Shown here: positions 62,280-64,000 of the stretch, one piece after another
Numbering within the stretch: position 1 is the first letter of the stretch
Layout: each line of letters begins with the position of its first letter
Assembly (NCBI GenBank): GCA_036172245.1
Contig: JAYWIR010000025.1
Location: forward strand, 248,001-312,000
Source of the DNA: Raillietiella orientalis
Taxonomy: Eukaryota
Reading direction: 5' to 3'
Length of the DNA: 64,000 bases
Position numbers and translations under genes: made by a program
The notes under the pieces: model-generated
What the model saw: the letters and a program-made list of their open reading frames with translations, nothing else
Databases searched by the model: none
What the model was told of the DNA's origin: nothing

Positions 62280-62900
62280 GAGACTCGAACATCCCCTGCT
62301 ACCCCTATGCACCTATGAAGATCCTCCTGAGCATTCCACGGACAAAGGGATTCCCATCTCCACAAGCTTCTCGCTCCAGATATGCTTTCAGACGCATCAT
62401 CTTCAGATGAACTTGCGGCAGGGCAGCGGCTGACTCCCGCGTTGAATACGCGCCAACACCGCTTCCCACCTTGCCCTAGCAACGCGTTTCTGCGTCTTCC
62501 GCGAGACACTTTGTTGGCCTGAGAGTCGGTATGACCCCTCCCAACTCTGTCTCCTGGCGACATCACGCGCCCAGGATTCGCGGTTTGACTCGAGGGCGAA
62601 ACACAGCAAGCCGCTGTGCGGTGGTTTCCAGAGGATGTTGCCGTCGAAAGCCTTCGTGGGCTTCCTCATCTTCCGTCTCTTCCCCGTGAGGGGGCTCTGT
62701 CCCCTTCCCCAGATTGATCATTTCCACCCCCTTCTCCTGCCCCGTCTCCCCAAGATAGGGGTCGTCTCTTACCCTCCATACTGCTCCCTCTGGCTCCCGT
62801 TGAAAGTCGGAGTCCTACCTGGAGGAAAGACTCCAGATTTCGACTGGGAAGGCATGGCAGACGCTTCCATATCCTCCCACGATGCTGGGGGACAGCCGTC
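62280..62900 (+). mobile_element. RFE N-half
   Basis: VFRETLCWPESRYDPSQLCLLAT aligns with LWEETLCSGTRSGGVHQLTHL and FSLLAT; LIFRLFP aligns with VRFRIFP. Confidence 0.5.
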
Positions 62901-63249
62901 TGTCGGACCGCCACACCTTTAGGAAAGGCGAGAAGGCAGCCGGTCGACGGGCAACACCTCCGCACTCCCTTCCAGACGCAACGCGCCACGCGGATGATGG
63001 GGCGGAGGAACGAGAGGTAGGAAGGACGAGGGGCACTGAGCCCGCGCCAGATCAGCGAGAACAACAGCAGCTGCCCACCTGCTTCTTTCTTCCCTCGCTA
63101 GGAACGATATCGACGCCGGGAAGACGCAGCACATGACCACCTCTCCACCCCCTTTTACCACCCTCTCATTGTCCGTTTGGTCACCCCTACAGATATCTTC
63201 CACCGATGCCCAGCCGGATGAACGTCTGCGGCAAACCAACGAGAACAGC

Positions 63250-63960
63250 GTTACCCCTGGCATCCTGTCGAGCGATCCATCCACTTTTTTTCAAAAAAGT
63301 TTCTCGAAAACTTCTCTCGACCTTCACCCCTCCTCCCCATCCACTTATTTTCGAAGTCTGGCTTGGGGACAGAGCTGCTGGGGCTGCGACGAACAGTCCC
63401 GTGTTCCTTCTGGGGGGCAGTGGTTACGTGGCGGAAAAGGGCCGGTTCTCCGGAGTGCCCTATTCCCGAGGGAAGATCTCGATGGGTCCCTGTGTAGATG
63501 CTCCCCTGCTGTCTCGGTCTTTGGGTCGGCGGCGACCGGATGGTGCAGGAAGACGCGGCACTGGTTGCAGCGCGCTCCCGCGGGAGGAAACGGACCAACC
63601 CCCGACGCGGCGGGCCGAGAGCCCATGCTTTGTTATCGGGAGGGCAATCCCCTCCATCACCGACGGTTTCTCCTGGTTCACCACCCACGAGCTCATTCGG
63701 AAGACCGTTCCCGGATGCGTTTCTGGTGCCAAGGAATGGCTTCCCGCCTGAAAAAAGGACGCGTACGATGGACAGCGCTTCCCGTTTCCGAAGACAGGAG
63801 TTTCCAAGGAGACCCTCAGAGTGCCGACCTCGTGAAATTCCTTCACAGAGTACCCCCCAGGAAAGTCCCTTGCCGAAGCACCAGCGGTTGCTCCCTTTGC
63901 CGAGAGTGGAACAGGGCGGTGTTCGCACGCGCCCACACCCAGACGGATGCTGCAAGAGGC
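63250..63960 (+). mobile_element. RFE N-half/middle fragment
   Basis: PLIFEVW and GRFSGVPYSRGKI align with SFVFRVD and SRLSSVPAAFQKM. Confidence 0.35.
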
Positions 63961-64000
63961 TGAGACGACGCATCGGGAGGGGATACGAGCGATGCCGCCG

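Noticed and set aside
61440..62280. I-type LINE RNase H remnant (LLVSTDAS) in C-rich sequence
   Set aside because: Single weak motif with no supporting catalytic residues
44000..64000. Many 100-280 aa R/P/G/S-rich ORFs in the ORF track
   Set aside because: Expected by chance at high GC or as off-frame/antisense shadows of Ig exons and RFE copies
1..64000. CRISPR arrays, tRNA/rRNA genes, prokaryotic operons
   Set aside because: None seen; the sequence is intron-containing eukaryotic DNA

Overview
Eukaryotic (arthropod-like) genomic DNA with one host gene I can support. It is a minus-strand, spliced, five-Ig-domain, probably GPI-anchored cell-surface gene resembling faint sausage/teiresias, with 7 exons at 39015-52358; its 5' signal-peptide exon was not found. 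A decayed Penelope-like RT remnant lies at ~29.0-30.8 kb. Much of the rest, including the introns, consists of about 30 decayed fragments, on both strands, of one intronless protein-coding element family that I do not recognise (called RFE here, for rod/foldback element). By-eye alignment suggests a ~3 kb unit whose single long ORF folds back on itself, so that the N-terminal half is an imperfect reverse complement of the C-terminal half, with wobble positions paired. A second fold-back point spans the junction between tandem units, which is what an integrated circular rod-like RNA would look like. A near-identical 1023-bp inverted duplication of an RFE piece flanks the terminal exon of the Ig gene, and GC content rises sharply at ~40 kb. 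All alignments and composition estimates are manual; RFE boundaries are approximate (about +/-50-100 bp).
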